Of a DNA stretch of 64,000 nt, positions 24,150-37,955 are shown one piece after another. The position numbers and the translations under genes were made by a program. This DNA is from Podarcis erhardii (lineage: Eukaryota), in assembly GCA_964252035.1 (NCBI GenBank), contig OZ176201.1, one strand, 5' to 3'. The first letter of the stretch is position 1, and each line of letters opens with the position of its first letter. A model generated the notes under the pieces. It had not been told where the DNA came from, made no database searches, and saw only the letters and a program-made list of their open reading frames with translations.

Positions 24150-24650
24150 TTAAAAATATTTATATACCACCAGCTCAAATAAAATACTAAGGTGGTATAT
24201 AGCAATGTATAAGTACAGCACAACACAGCTTACAAACAGTACAAAATAATCATGAAAATGACTGGCAGTGACTAGCCACGAAAGTTTAAACAGTTACATA
24301 GGCCTGTTGCTATAAATATGTCTTTAGGAGATGTCTGAAACTAAGCAGTAAGGATGCCTGCCAAATCTCTGCTGGAAGAGTGTGGAAATGGTGGCGTCTG
24401 GCTGAGGCCAGACTTCTGAAACACAGGAGACACCTTACAGCATCTGTACATACATCTGAGACTGAGCTGGGACATAAGGGCCCAGGTAGCTCCCAAGACA
24501 TCTTGGACCCAAGTTGTTCAGGGCTATGTATGCCAACACAAGTTCCTTGAACATGGACCAGCAGCATGTGAGCAGCCAGTGCAGATGTCTTAGCAGAGGT
24601 GTCACATGATGTCGACCATCTGCCCCCATCAGCAGTCCAGCCACTGCGTG
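24150..24650 (-). mobile_element. L2 ORF2 end and 3' UTR
   Basis: tttaggagatgtctgaaac, gttgttcagggctatgtatgccaacac, cagccagtgcag are reverse L2 3' motifs. Confidence 0.7.
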
Positions 24651-24942
24651 GGAACATAGATGTTTAAAAGGAAAATCTGAAATATTTTGAAGGGAAAAAA
24701 CTGGGAATCCCCCCCCCCAGGGTAACCTTGCTTGTTTGCTTGACTTTCCATTTTTGGCTGATAATAACAGTTTCCCCCCTTGCTGCTGCCCCACCCCCAA
24801 AGTGGACCTCTGGATGTCCGTAACTGCTGTGGCTTTCCCAATCCATTCACCCAACTTTGAGGAGTTGCTTTCTGTTTCCTTGGCAGCAGATGGCAGATTT
24901 CCTCTTGGCCAAAGCCAAGCACTTAATATGAAAAGGGCACTG

Positions 24943-24957
24943 GTGCCACCTACAGGC
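24943..24957 (-). promoter_or_regulatory. Candidate CTCF site
   Basis: GTGCCACCTACAGG (minus CCTGTAGGTGGCAC); motif only. Confidence 0.25.
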
Positions 24958-25862
24958 CAGTTTCAAACACATTATTATAAGCCTGCTTTTAGAGAGAGAT
25001 TTCCAAAGAGATGCCAGGTTTTCAAAAAGAAGTCAGGGCCTTGTTTCTGAGCTTGCTGGCTTATCTGCACATCTACTCTGGAGGGAAAATCTGGCAACAA
25101 CCTCTGGACCTCCAGATGTTCTTAGACTCCAACTTCCATCAGCCCCACATCCTCTGGAGGGCCACAGGTCCCACCCCCCCCACCTATTAAAGACTGTCAC
25201 TCATTCTTGATCCTTTACATGTAGTGAGCCAAAGATTGTTTGTTTCTATATCTCTGGCCTTTGCCAAAATATGTGAAGACTACAGTTCTCAGCATGCTGA
25301 TTTAGGGCGGTATCAAACTAAATAATAGTGTGACCAGAATGACTTCGGCTTGTGCAGTGGGACTTTCCCCATAGCCTGTCCCTAAAACGGCTCTGAAGGG
25401 TTGGGAGAACCCACAGCACAGATTTATCAGGGGAGGCACACTGTGGAAGTCCAGTTGTTCTGCTCATGCATGGATTTACTAGGCTCTACTTTGGACACAA
25501 CCCTAAGATAACAATGCCTGGGCACAGACACTTCTCCTAGCTAAACATAGTTCACAGTAACAGTGATACCAGTTGTTTAGACACGTGTGATGTTAAGTAC
25601 TTTTTGATATTTTTGTTTAGTTCCTCGAATCAACCTAACTTTCTGATTTTTTTATTGAGGTGCAATGCAACTTTGTTTGAATATAAATTAACTGAAATAC
25701 ACGCTCTATGGCAGAGAGAGAAAAGCTTGCTAGAAATTTTATTACAGGGATCCAGCAATGAAGTTTTGGCAGCAATCTTAATTAGAGTTACCAAGAAGCA
25801 AGCCTTGTTCGACATTTGGCCAATTTCAGTCTGGCTTGCAAATCTTGGATTTTCAGTCTTAA

Positions 25863-25882
25863 ACACACACACACACACGCAG

Positions 25883-25949
<67 letters not shown>
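25863..25949. repeat. Compound (CA)n(GA)n microsatellite
   Basis: Directly visible. Confidence 0.97.
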
Positions 25950-25950
<1 letters not shown>

Positions 25951-28900
25951 GTAGGCATAGTGCTGGGTGAAGTTTCACATTTTCTTTATTGTTATTTTAA
26001 AAAGATTTCTTTCTTTTCCAAATATAGATCTAATTTCAGCATATAATTTAAAACTGACCCCTAGTACATGTTACAGAAATAGGAACTCCTCCAGACAAGA
26101 CTCCTCCCTTCTTTCCAGAGATTGACTTGGGGCACGACAACAAACAGGACAGAATTTTGGACAGAGCAGGATTCATGCACATATACCCCTCCCCCCCCAC
26201 CCTGAATCCCTTGGGGAAAGTGGAAGGGTCCTACACGAAGGGGTGGGAAAAACCCAAAGTAATAAAACTTCTTTCTCCAGAATTCCTTCCTATGATACAT
26301 CCAGCTGAGTTCCCTTACAAAAGTTTGGAGGAGACACGGACACCTGACCTGCCTTGAGCTAGGCAGCACAGCCTGCCTGTAGTTTGGAAACAGGAAGGGT
26401 AGACAGTTGTCACCCACTAGGGTGCCCTCATGGAAAAGAACAGGAAAGAGGAGAAGCTTGCTCAAAGCTGGTCCTGAAATGATGCACAATTGCTTTCCAT
26501 CAACACCATGGCCCCTTGGGCATTTATTTGTTCAACTTCTATGTCCCCACCACCCCACTCAGACCCAATTATCATCTATCAGGCCAGGCACCCCAAACAA
26601 CCAAGACAGCATCTGGGTGCAGCAAGTGGATGATACAGCTCTCTAGCCTGCAGCCTACGTTACAGAAAATAAATAAATATTAAAAGGGTTGTTAACCTGC
26701 TCTAAGCCTAAGGGGTAAAAGAGGACCAGGAAGGTAATATTTTAGGTTGCACCTGACAAGCCACATGTTCGCTGTGCTGATTTTACCTTCTCTCCTGCCT
26801 TGGAGCCTGGGTTGTGAGCCACAGGGACCTTTCTCTCACACACCCCTGCTTCTTGGGGCCCAACTACACATTACTTTAGCTACACAGCTGCATGTTTAAA
26901 TGCAGATGTATCTGTGTGTTTCTTAATGCAAATTGCCAGCTTTGGGGACAGGTTCCTGGTCAGGATCCTAGTAATGTGGGTAAGGAAGCCTTCTCACCCA
27001 CTTACCCCCTCTCCTTGTGGTCCTGATCCATGTCAAACCTCCTGTGTTTCAATTCGCATTGAGGGGTAGGGAAAGCTCCCATTGGCTTCAGCAGCTTTTA
27101 AAATCTGCAAATTACACGTGCAACCCAGATTAGACTCACGGGGGGGGGGGGGGGGAGATGGTTAAAGCCTCCTCCCCTCCCTCCATGCTGGGTATTTGTT
27201 AAAAAACAAACCAACACCCTTGCATTGAAAGGCATGGCCATGTAGCAGTTTAGCCTTAAGAGGCCAGAGGCTGTGACCCAAAGGCAGTACAACTTTGCGG
27301 TGACTGCCGGCACAAAGAGCTCACAGCCTGCACAAGCCCATGAGATCTCTTGTGATCACTCTCACTCACTGCAAGCACCTCCGGTGGTTGTATGTTGTGG
27401 TCTGTGAGCCATGCGGTTTCTGCAGCGAATGTGTGTTTTGGGTTTGGTTGGGCTCGGTCGCCCATGGTAGCAGTTTGATAAGCACCAGTGCAATGCAGCT
27501 GAGTTTTGGATCAAGTCCTTGGTTGATATTAACTTCCTGAAATAAGCCGAAAGGTCTTAAATGACCTCCCACGTGCTAGGGCCAGTGAGATCATTTTTAA
27601 TAACCCAAGCCAAACTTTTATCGGCAAATGTGTTCTCCTCTCTCCATTTCTCTTCCAGCTGAACACCAGGCTGCAGAAACAGCCCAATTACCCTGAATTT
27701 CACAGATGGCAGTAAGTTTTCCCCATAGCTCAGGCAGGTCTTCTTGTATCCAGTCCCTCATTGCTGAGGACATAAAATATATACACTATACAGAGTTACT
27801 GAGCGCAACAACAAATACATTAAAAAAGATCTACTCTTATATACAGTATTTATAAAAAGCAAATTGACCAGCCACCATCCCAGTACAAAAATACGTGTCT
27901 CTTATTTATGTCCATTATATTTATTAAACCCTAGAAATAATTACTTGTGGACTTTAAAATTATTTTTCTAACACCAGTGCTGCAAAAATATTCATCTTGG
28001 TTTTGCTTCCTAGCCCTGTACTCCCCACTCCCCACCCCATCTGAGTGCTGAACTTCATAAGGTGCATTTTATTAGTGAAGGAAAAGAAGAATCTTTCCTT
28101 ATGGCTTTTGGCAAGAGGGGATATCGAGCAAAGAAGACAGCAGATATAACAATGGGGAAGGATTGTAAGATTATTGGAGGCTAGCTCATCTTATGCAAAT
28201 GAATAGAGGGAATGATTATTTTCACTCTTTTTCAGCCCAGATTCCCAAAACCATTTACTTGAAAGTAAGTCTCATTCATTTAAAGGAAATTTACTTCAAT
28301 AACAATGGTTTAGGATGGCAGATTACATCAACTGGCTCCCCCACTCCCCCCCAAATAACACTGCACCAATGCAGAATGTTATGTTGTGTCTGCTATTTTC
28401 TAAATGGGGAAGTGGTTCTAGGCAACTGCCATTAAGTTCAATGGAACTTGCCTAGGGATGGGTTCAATGGCGATTGGACAGCATCCAATGGGTATCAGGG
28501 TTGTGCAAAAGCAGTTCATTTCTACCACTAGTACCAGCAGTCACTCATTGGCAGATGTGTGACTTCCTTAGCTACATTCCTCAGACTATTTAAATGTGTT
28601 CCCTCCTGCACAATTCATGTAAAAGAATGTGTACTAGTTGCTATGGGGGGGGGGAAATCAAGAGTAAAACTACAGCAGCCTTTTAAGGTGCAAATTACTG
28701 GAAGCAGCAACAATTGCAAACAACGGCAGGGGGCAGAGTAGCTTCATGGTGTTGTGCCTGCTACTGCCCAGCACCCTGAACGGAACGTCAGATGGTGGCA
28801 GTAGCTTACAGACTGCTTCAACATGTATCTCATAAACTGGCCAAACGCTACATTTAAAAAATATTGTTATAAACAGCTGTACCACCCTGCAATCCAGTTG

Positions 28901-30332
28901 TACAAATAGCAGGTATGCTGCATTCACAAAATGGCTGTTTTGCGCACCAAATTTCACTGCGCGTGGAAAATGAGAGGCCCTGATGCTTCCCCTTTCCTGC
29001 ACAGAACCTACACGGGATGCTGCTGTCCGTGGTCAGGAGTGCCATGTGAATGGGCAGAGCAAAGCCGCCCACCTGTGAATGCAGAAGTGAGTACCATAGG
29101 GATGGTAAGAGCAGGGATCCAGTGTTTTTCATCTCAGGAACTCCAGGATTGTAGGCATCTCCTTTCCTGCCTGAGATTTTATTTCCAGGAATATATGCTG
29201 GTTCATCATATCAGCTCACCTGATGACTCTGCTTCTTATCAGACGTACGACGGATAGGAGGGAGAGTCACCTGGCCAGGATGCTGAATAGCTGCAAGGCC
29301 AGGCTCCACCTGTACCTATTTAATAGTTATAGCACTTGTGTAATCAAAGTTGTTAGTGAGTATTGAATTCATACCTATTAAGAGAGCACATGCATTCTGA
29401 AAATGTACTCATGATGGCTCCTAGAATGCCTTTTCTTGCTCCAATATGGATCAAATGCGAGCCATTTTGTTGGTACACAATAGCTTCTGAAATACTGAAG
29501 ATACCAGCATTTGGTCTGGCTGCGTAACATAATGAAAAATTTACAGGGCTATTACCTCCAAGTCCAGAAATACGCTTTTGTTATTCATAAGGGAAAGTGC
29601 ACTTTGAAGTATCCAAATGTTTTTGTTTTGGTGTGCCAGTCACAGGGTCCTATGGAAGATGCTTGTTCATTTCACTTACTCAGCACCTGCCCCCTTTTAC
29701 GAAGAAAAAGCTGTTTCGCTTTCCTGCACAACTCAGTGGATCTACTTTCGTCAGATGAATGCTGAAAGGTCTGGGAAAGGTTCCTCAATATTATGGGAGA
29801 AAAGCGGGGAAATTTTTTACAAGTGTCATCAGCTTCCCACTGCATAATAACAATTGGAAAAGGTCAATTGGAAATAAATTATGATATAAATGGAAATAAA
29901 ATATATTATTCAGTGCTGGTGGCTCAGAAGCTTCTTGGGCTTCCTCTGTTAAAACTACCGCCCTAGTACAACCAAAGCTTCTTGCTATTAAACAACTAGC
30001 CCCATAATCCTGTGCTTCTCAAGAAAGAACCAATTACATATTTCAGATTTCATTCCCTAGTGGGAGGGCTGCACACCAGATATTAATTAAATGGGAAGAA
30101 ATGCTCCATTGAATTCTCCTACCCTTGGAAGACTTCAAGCTATAGGAGCATGACAGCAGTTCAGAGATGCTGAATTTTACCATACAGTCTCCCATGGTTT
30201 TCTCATTCTGGAATGAGCTCAGCTCCATGAAGTCCTACATGCTACCCTTTGACTTGTGTCACTCATTCTACACACAACCTCCTCTTCAGGTCTCCATTAA
30301 CTCCTTGCCCCAAATTACACATGAATCTTATA

Positions 30333-30445
30333 TTTCAGGGGTGGGGAACCATGTTCCTTGTTGGACTCCAGCTCCCATCAGCCCTGGCAGTCAGAATGGC
30401 CAACAGTCAGGGATTATGGGAGTTGTATTTCAGCCACTTCTGAAG
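30333..30445. mobile_element. Short hAT-like MITE (related copies near 25090-25175, 31262-31385, 46300-46425)
   Basis: caggggtggggaacc..ggactccagctcccatcagccc..gggattatgggagttgta inverted core. Confidence 0.65.
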
Positions 30446-33400
30446 GGCCCAGTATTCATCACCCCGGTCCAAGTACTCCTTTATTTCCTAAGCTATTGAC
30501 AGCAGTCAATCCTTCACAGCAAAGAAGTCCACTGTTCCCTGTGTTCCAGGGGGGAGACGTGGTTTTCAATTTTTCAACTTGCCACAGTAGTTTACAGCAC
30601 ATTTCTAATCATGTCCTATTGAATTCAATGGGGCTTACTCCCAGGTAAGTGAGGGTTTACAGGCCAAGCCTTCAACAGGGGCTTGATATTAAACAATGAC
30701 CTACTCATACCTCCAGGCTTTGAAAAGCTTTCTGCTAATTTTCACACTCTGAGTTGCTGCCAAAGCCATATAAATGCAGAGGTGGGTTGAAAAGTCTCCC
30801 ACCCTACATGAAATGCAGACCTACAAGTGTTACTCACTAGAAGACTGGACCAGGGGGTCAGATACTTTTCCTTAGATGCTTTTCCTTAGATGCAATACTC
30901 CCAGTTCCGGAGGTTCGCTTTCCAACTTAGACCTGGAGTTGTTATTTCCAACCTGGTCATTTCTCACACGTGACCATCAGCAAAGTCAATAGGACACCCA
31001 TTGGTGGTAAAGAGCACTGCAGCTGGTGCAGCTTGAAGATCACTGCTTTGACTCCATCAACCCTACATTTCCCCTTACACATGGGTGGCAGCTGAAGGCC
31101 CCTGTCTGTGGCTGAATGACTGAGCCTGTGCTTGGCATACAGAAAGAACCAAGTGCAACCCCCCTGGCCAAGTGCAACCCTTCACATCTATAGTTAAAAG
31201 GACCAGGTGACAGGAAAGATTTCTGCTGAAGACCCTGGAGGGCAGTCAAGAGTAAAAGAGGGACAGGGAACATGTGACTTTCCCGATGATGTTGGGCTAC
31301 AGCTCCCACCAAACTTGACCATTGGCCATGCTGGCTGGGGCTGATGGAGTCCAACAACCCCAGGAAAGCCACCGGCTCGCATCTGGGGAGTAGGCTTCGC
31401 TAGGCTAGAAGGACCTGGTGTAAGGCAGGGACAAATGACTACCCTGTTGGCAACTACTGGACTCTTTTGAGTTTCCCTTCTCAGGTGGCCTTCTGCTGCT
31501 TTTGATATGTTCTCAGCGGCTTTTTTCCTCCTTTTTCTTCTGAGCTTGCCAGGCCCAGGCTGACTACAGTAAGATGAGGTATGAAAGATTTCAGAGCATT
31601 TCAAACAAGTGCATATTTGGGAGGCCACCTCTGATTTAGGAAGAAGCCATGATGAATATTTTCTCCTAGATATATATAAAATATGACAACGACAAGATCA
31701 GAGAGTAAAGATGAGGAAGATCCATTTGTTCCTCCTGATCTGCTATTACACAAGGCCTCATATCCTAGTTCAGGGGGAACACTGAATGCCTATCTGATCG
31801 TACATAAATTACACTGAAGGAAAAGCAGGGACTCAATGGAGGGCAAATCCTTGCCAATTCGGGAAAGCAGCTATATAAATACAATTCCATTGGAATCTCA
31901 TGCCTGCTACAAATTGGAGGAAAAGCAACATCAGTATGTACAAAACAAAATGAATGCAAATTCTCCTAGCCTACCGAAATTAGCAGCAATCAAGTCCTAG
32001 TGACCAGTTAGGCTGGCGGACCAGCTTGGTGGCAGGGCTACACTTCCCAACATGTTCAAGCAACTGCTGGCAGATAGGAAGAGAGGCCACTGTGATGTGT
32101 TAGTGGGGAGGGACCAGTCTCTAGGATGGACAGATCCATTTCCATTGCCTCAGGCGGTGGACCCTTTCAGGACACAGGAACCTCAGAGAGGCCTCAATGC
32201 CGTACTGTCTTAAAAGACATTGGGTGGGATTCACTTAGGGAGCCCCATCTGCAGAAGTCCTGTGCAAGGACTTCTACTTGCGCAACTGGAATTCGCCACC
32301 TGAAACTGACTGGAGGGGAGGTTCGGGAGAAACCCCAAAACGGCACGTGTGGGGAGGAGAGAGGGGATCATTTCACCCCGCAAGCCAAAAGTATTTGAGC
32401 AGGCGGAACGTTCATCATCGCACATTGAATTCCACCCAATGACTACTTGCCTTTACCTAATGGAATGAGGAGACAGAAACAGGGGTTTGATATCACTGAC
32501 ACAGGCTTGCTTCCCATCCCACCTTGTATGAAGGAGGAAGAGCTCTGTTGCTTACAGCTAACCGTTTGCCCCAAATGCCAACCATCTCTGCTTCACCTCC
32601 CTAAGCGAAGCTCAGGCATGCGCTAAGGAAAGCCAGCGTAAACCTGCACCCCAACCGACAGTTCAGAAAGGCCGACATCTCCAAATTGCTTCCCATCTGC
32701 CAGCCAGTCAGTTCCAAGACCTGTGGCCACCTTAGCGATGGCAATGAGGTCATACTTGTTTGCATGTGTTTTGTGTGGTACAGATAGCTGCGTAAAGATG
32801 GGAGAGAGCAAGGCCTCTGTGACCTCTGCCCTGAGCATCCTCTTGCCCTGAGAGAGGAGCGTTGATCATGAGGCTCATCGTAAGGCTCACACCCTAGCAG
32901 AGGGAACAGGACCAAGTCTGAGGGAAGAACTTCCACTTCCCCCACCAAGGAACAACACGGGCTCAGGAAGCAACTTCTGAGAGGGACAAAAGCCCTGTGG
33001 CTGGTGGGGGCTGAGGCTATTAAGACTTTAAAAACCAAACAGAAACATTCTGCCCCTCTCTCCCTGTCTAAAAGCATTTACTTCCAATTTGTGGCCCCAG
33101 TACCGTAATTCTGTAGGAAGGCCTGGCTCCAGTTCCCTTGTCAGTGGTGAACCTCAGGCCAAAGCTCTACTCTCAGGCTCTTTAGCCACAGTCCCCTCCC
33201 CCAATTTCCTCCTGTTCCTGCCCTTGACTCTCCAGTTGCCTCAGGCTGGGCTGGACATACTGGACATATAAGGACAGACATCCCACAGCAACCCTCCCAC
33301 CCCTCTGGATTGGCCTATTTCCCTCATTTGCCTGTTCCTCAGGCACCGTTGGTCTGGCCCATCCCAGACAGTGAGATTAAAACAAATGCTCAAAAAGTTT

Positions 33401-33620
33401 AGGAACTGGTTTCCGGCTTGGTCTAGCCAGCAGCAGCCCCCCTGGCTCAATGGGGTTGCGTGTAGGAACTGAGTAGCGGAACAACGCCCCCTTGGCTCAG
33501 AGCGGAGCTGTGGACTAAATTACGGCACAGTACTAGCAGAGGTAGGGGAGCAGGAAATGTATCAAAGCTGGCCGAGTTTCCCAAGGCGTTGATCCACAGT
33601 TGTGAGGGTCCGGGCCTTGT

Positions 33621-33725
33621 CTAGTGACTGCCTCCGCTCTTCCCGCCACCCGATGCCCAGTCAATGATGATGAAGCTGAGGCTCATGATCATGAAGAGCA
33701 CGCCAAGGCATGCAAAGAGGGCGGC
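33621..33725 (-). CDS. SLC38A3: SNAT3 coding exon 15 (last), AALFACLGVLFMIMSLSFIIIDWASGGGKSGGSH*
   Basis: Acceptor ccccgcag, TAG at 33623-33621; matches the human C-terminus including the terminal His. Confidence 0.95.
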   Translation of the reverse strand, partial: AALFACLGVLFMIMSLSFIIIDWASGGGKSGGSH

Positions 33726-34754
33726 CTGCGGGGGGGAGAAAAGGAGGGTCACTCACAGAAAAGGAAAGGGGCTTTTTGGCCCGGGTCTTCAGCCCTGCTC
33801 CTCTAACCTCCCCATCACCTAGATCAAGGATAGCCAGCTTGTAACTCACAGGCCAGATTTGGCTCTCAAAGGAATTTTAAGTGGTTCCTGGCAATCCTGC
33901 CCATTTTTGGTTCAGTAAAAGCACAGGCAGACTTTCTGGTCATGAAAGCAAGTGTCTCCTGAAGCCGCATGAGAGAATATATATCCAAGAATTCAATGTT
34001 TCGCTTCTTACCTGGGTTTTATCTATGAAGCCGCCAAGCATGCCAAGAGCATGCACTTCCACACTATGAAACCCTGGCTGCTACATAGTGCCAGCTTTAC
34101 TTAAAGAGTGTGTCTTGTGCAGCCAAATTTGTCCCTAGCTTCCAGGCCGCTGTCTGTAGGACAGAGTGATCCTTGCAGTTGGTCGTCCCTCATCTACAAC
34201 AAGTTATAACCTTCACAACCTTGTACATCGCTCTGATAATGTTTACGATGACAAAAACTTTGCTTTCCAAAGCTAGAGTTATTGATCTCTTCCCAGGTGA
34301 GAAAGCCTTATGGTCATATAAAATAGCCATAATTTTTCTCCTGTTAAGAGGTGAGAGGGAACCTGATGGAGGTATATCTACAAGGATGGCCAAACTGATT
34401 TTCTGTGCTCCTGACTTTACAACCTATGGACTCGAGGTTACTGCGGTCAGAATTATGATGGTATCTGATTGTCTCTGGAACCCCTGACTTGCGTTCTTGA
34501 TTGATGAAAAGATCATTGGTGTCATGAGCAATTAGCAGCTCCCCAGATGAGAAGCATCCCCACAACTGCCTTCACTGAGAGGACAGTTCAAGAACAGCAG
34601 TGCCTGCAGGGCGATGTCCTCATGTGGACAGTCTAAGATAGGAGGGCCCACTGGGCAGGAGGCCCACACCTCACACAACCAGCAGCACACCCCACTCCTT
34701 TATAGACACCCCCAAAGGTCTCTAGGCCAAGCTGGGTTCCTAAACAGTACGTAC

Positions 34755-34858
34755 CAGGATCTTGGGAGGGGATTTCGTGGGCTCCTTGTCCTTGGGCATG
34801 ATCCGGATGTAGAATATTGCTGGGAAGATGAATATCAGGCAGGGGGCCGACGTGGCAC
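34755..34858 (-). CDS. SLC38A3: SNAT3 coding exon 14 (104 nt), ATSAPCLIFIFPAIFYIRIMPKDKEPTKSPPKIL
   Basis: AG/GT flanks, frame continuous, homology to SLC38A3. Confidence 0.95.
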
Positions 34859-34895
34859 CTGGAAGAGTCCAGAAGAGAAGAAATTCTAGTGACAA

Positions 34896-34896
<1 letters not shown>

Positions 34897-34932
<36 letters not shown>
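34897..34932. repeat. (CA)18 microsatellite, read as (UG)18 in SLC38A3 pre-mRNA
   Basis: Directly visible, about 37 nt upstream of the exon 14 acceptor. Confidence 0.95.
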
Positions 34933-34935
<3 letters not shown>

Positions 34936-36209
34936 CTCCAGAAAGGGAGAACACTAAGCTATCCACCCACCCTTCGCCACTTGTTTTTCCTAGGAGAAAG
35001 CAAAACAAGCTGTGCTGACGGGCCCCTGGCCTTGCCCCACATCCCTGGCAGAGGCCAGACAAGCTATTGATTTCCTGCCTTAGGAATGGTGTTTTCTTTC
35101 TCTCCTCAAACAGTGGTTGGGGAGCTGGGAATGAAAAAAATTAAGTCCTTTGAAATCACACTGCAAACAAACAGGTTGCTGGCGGTAGCCTTGATCCTTG
35201 GAAAAACGGGGCCTTTGGGCAGCAGAATGGGAGACCGGAGATGTGGAGTTGCATCCATGTTCTCAAGGCAGCAGAGAGGAATTATTCTCCCCCAAGTAGT
35301 CTCTATCCTCATCCTGACTCAAGAGTTTATTTCATCACTGTGAAGACTGGATTGCTTTTCCAGCATCAGAGCTGTATCGGAGGGGTGATTTTTGTGTAAA
35401 AACTGCCCTTCTGTGGAGTACTACCCGTAAACCAATACCCACAACAAATGCACAGCATACATTTAAAGCCCATGGCTTCCCCCAAAGAATGCTGGGAAAG
35501 TATGTAGCTCTGCGAGGGTAAATTACAATTCCCAGGATTCTCTGGGGGAAGCCATGCGGGTGTGCTTTAAATGCTGTGTATACAGTCCAAGTCAGAGTGC
35601 AACTCCGTTTTACAGGGAAGTAAAAATTACGATATTGGAATTGGTTATGAGAAAGTCACTTGACTGCTTTTTCTACATGAAGGATTTTATGTTTTCCTCA
35701 TGTGCTCTGAAGCTTAGCCACAGTGGAGACAGGAAGAAGAGCTGAAAGAGCTTTCTGCTTTCCTCCAGGGTATGAATTAGTCTCTTTCGACCAAAGAACC
35801 AGCTCATCTATCCTCCTCTCTGTGGCCCAAAGTGTATCATGGGAATACCATGACCCAATAGCAAGTAGGATAATTTAAAGACAGACAAAAGTGGGCTCCC
35901 ATTTGGCTGTACAGTATTAGTGTGCAAGGGCAATCCATGCAGTGCTTGCATCCAGCTTTTTAAACTTCCCTAATCTCTCTTTGTTAAAGGCTACCAGAAC
36001 GCAGGAACCACAAGGAAAGAAAGTGATCTGCTCAGGACACAAGACACATATCTTCTCTCCAACAGTTTTTCTAAAAACTTCCAAAATTTATATTATTGCA
36101 TTACTGTATTTGCACGGTTCACCCAAGGGGAAGGTGCAGGTAGAGTGTGGCAATGGCAAACAAAGAGACTGAGGTTAGGAAAAAGAGAACCCTTGAAAGT
36201 GGGACTCAC

Positions 36210-36354
36210 CAATCAGTCCAAAGATGCCCAGGATGGAAGGAGCAAAAATGACAAGCAAGTTGATAGAAGTCAGCAGTATGACAGCAATTATTGTGTGCCG
36301 AATCCAGCTGAATTCCTTGTCTTGAAACAGCATCTGCTGAATTGCCCGGCGTAC
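36210..36354 (-). CDS. SLC38A3: SNAT3 coding exon 13 (145 nt), VRRAIQQMLFQDKEFSWIRHTIIAVILLTSINLLVIFAPSILGIFGLIG
   Basis: AG/GT flanks, frame continuous. Confidence 0.95.
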
Positions 36355-37434
36355 CTGGAGAGTGGAGGGAGGTATGGTCAGACTCCATTCTTAAGGGAAA
36401 ATTCACAATTCTTAACTGCACAAGAACTTAGGCCTGCACTGACACCATATTCCCCATTTGTCCCCTCGCTCGACTGGGTATAAACGTGATCTCTTCTGAT
36501 TTTGGACTCCAATGCCTATTTGTGACCTGCATTTTGGTGGGCTCTGGTTGCTTCTGTCCATATCCCAGCCAATTCAATCCACTACCCAACCAACCACCAA
36601 CAGACTTGACTTAAATGGAAGCAGTAGTGGCCAATTTGATGGGGTTATGCCACCCTTCCACCATCGGTGTTGCTGCAGCTTACCTAGCTTGTGTTAGGGC
36701 AGGACGGCTGTCAGCGCTGTGTGGATGCACCAGCAGAACCACCAGACTGGCTCCATCAGTGCATCCACACAGCCCTGACCTCACTGCTGCAGTGCCACAA
36801 GCCCTCCAGGAAAGCTGCAGCAACACTGATGTTCGGTGGTGGTGGTGGGGTGCTCCAGATTAAAAATACTTTTATCCCAGCATTGTGGTTGCTGTTGGGA
36901 ACTTGTTCTGCAGATCCCTCCCTTTTGAGTTTTACTTGTTGTATTAAGCAGCAACCAGGTAGGTGGAGCTGATCTTTTCAGATCTTTACTTTTGTGGTTA
37001 AATTTGGACCAAGTCACAGGGCCCTGCTTCATACAAAGGGCTAAATGTGCAGATGGTGCCCAGGTTCTCTGGATCCCTAGCAACAAACATGTCATTGTGG
37101 TAAGATATAAACTGATACTTGGGTTCCACCCACAGCAATCGTGAGACACCACAGCAATCATTAATGCTCTTTTCCCTCTCCCTTAGTTTTCTACAGATGC
37201 TTAGATATTGCTTACTGCCCTTTCTAACTCTGCAATAATCCTATGATTCCTGCTTTCAGCCACAGCCGGCATTGTACATTTCTGGAGTAAACTATTTGTT
37301 CTCTGGTTCAGTTACCAATTATAGACAAGGATGGGCAGGCAGTCTAAAAAGGGGACAGTAGACCATTAGATTGGTTTCTGGTATGTGGTATAGGAAACCA
37401 CAGGCACACACGGTTTGATGAAAAGGAGACTCAC

Positions 37435-37559
37435 CGGGAAGAGAACAATGGGTACCGTCAGTGTCACAGCAGTCAGCACAGCCACCCGCACACACAGGAT
37501 CAGCACATCAAACGGATCTACTCTGCTGTAGGTATGTAGCAGCTCTGATTCTACCTGGC
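37435..37559 (-). CDS. SLC38A3: SNAT3 coding exon 12 (125 nt), GQVESELLHTYSRVDPFDVLILCVRVAVLTAVTLTVPIVLFP
   Basis: AG/GT flanks; near-identical to recalled human sequence. Confidence 0.97.
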
Positions 37560-37907
37560 CTGCAGGGGACAACCAAGAACAGCACATCCATTATTGATCA
37601 GGCTGTGTACCTAAGCAAGGTGTCTCTTTGCATCCCAGGTTTGGGGCACGACAGAACTGTTTCTTGGAAGGAAAGGCTATGTAGGTGTTTCTGCCCTAAA
37701 TCTATGCATGTGAACAATGGAAGTGAATCCCACAGAATACTGTGTATTAAATTGATACCAATCTCCTTCCTCCCAAAGGACCCCAGGAGTTCCTACTTGC
37801 TTCCAAGCATATTTGCATAGGATTGTGTTGCATAACATTAAAATAACAAGACAAAGTAGGGGGTATTATTGCAATTTGGTTTGTTTGCAATGGAAGGACT
37901 CAAAGGA

Positions 37908-37909
<2 letters not shown>

Positions 37910-37955
<46 letters not shown>
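37910..37955. repeat. (AAT)n microsatellite
   Basis: Directly visible. Confidence 0.95.

Noticed and set aside
32601-33077. 158-aa minus-strand ORF downstream of SLC38A3
   Set aside because: Lies in the probable 3' UTR, non-ATG start, no homology or splice structure recognised.
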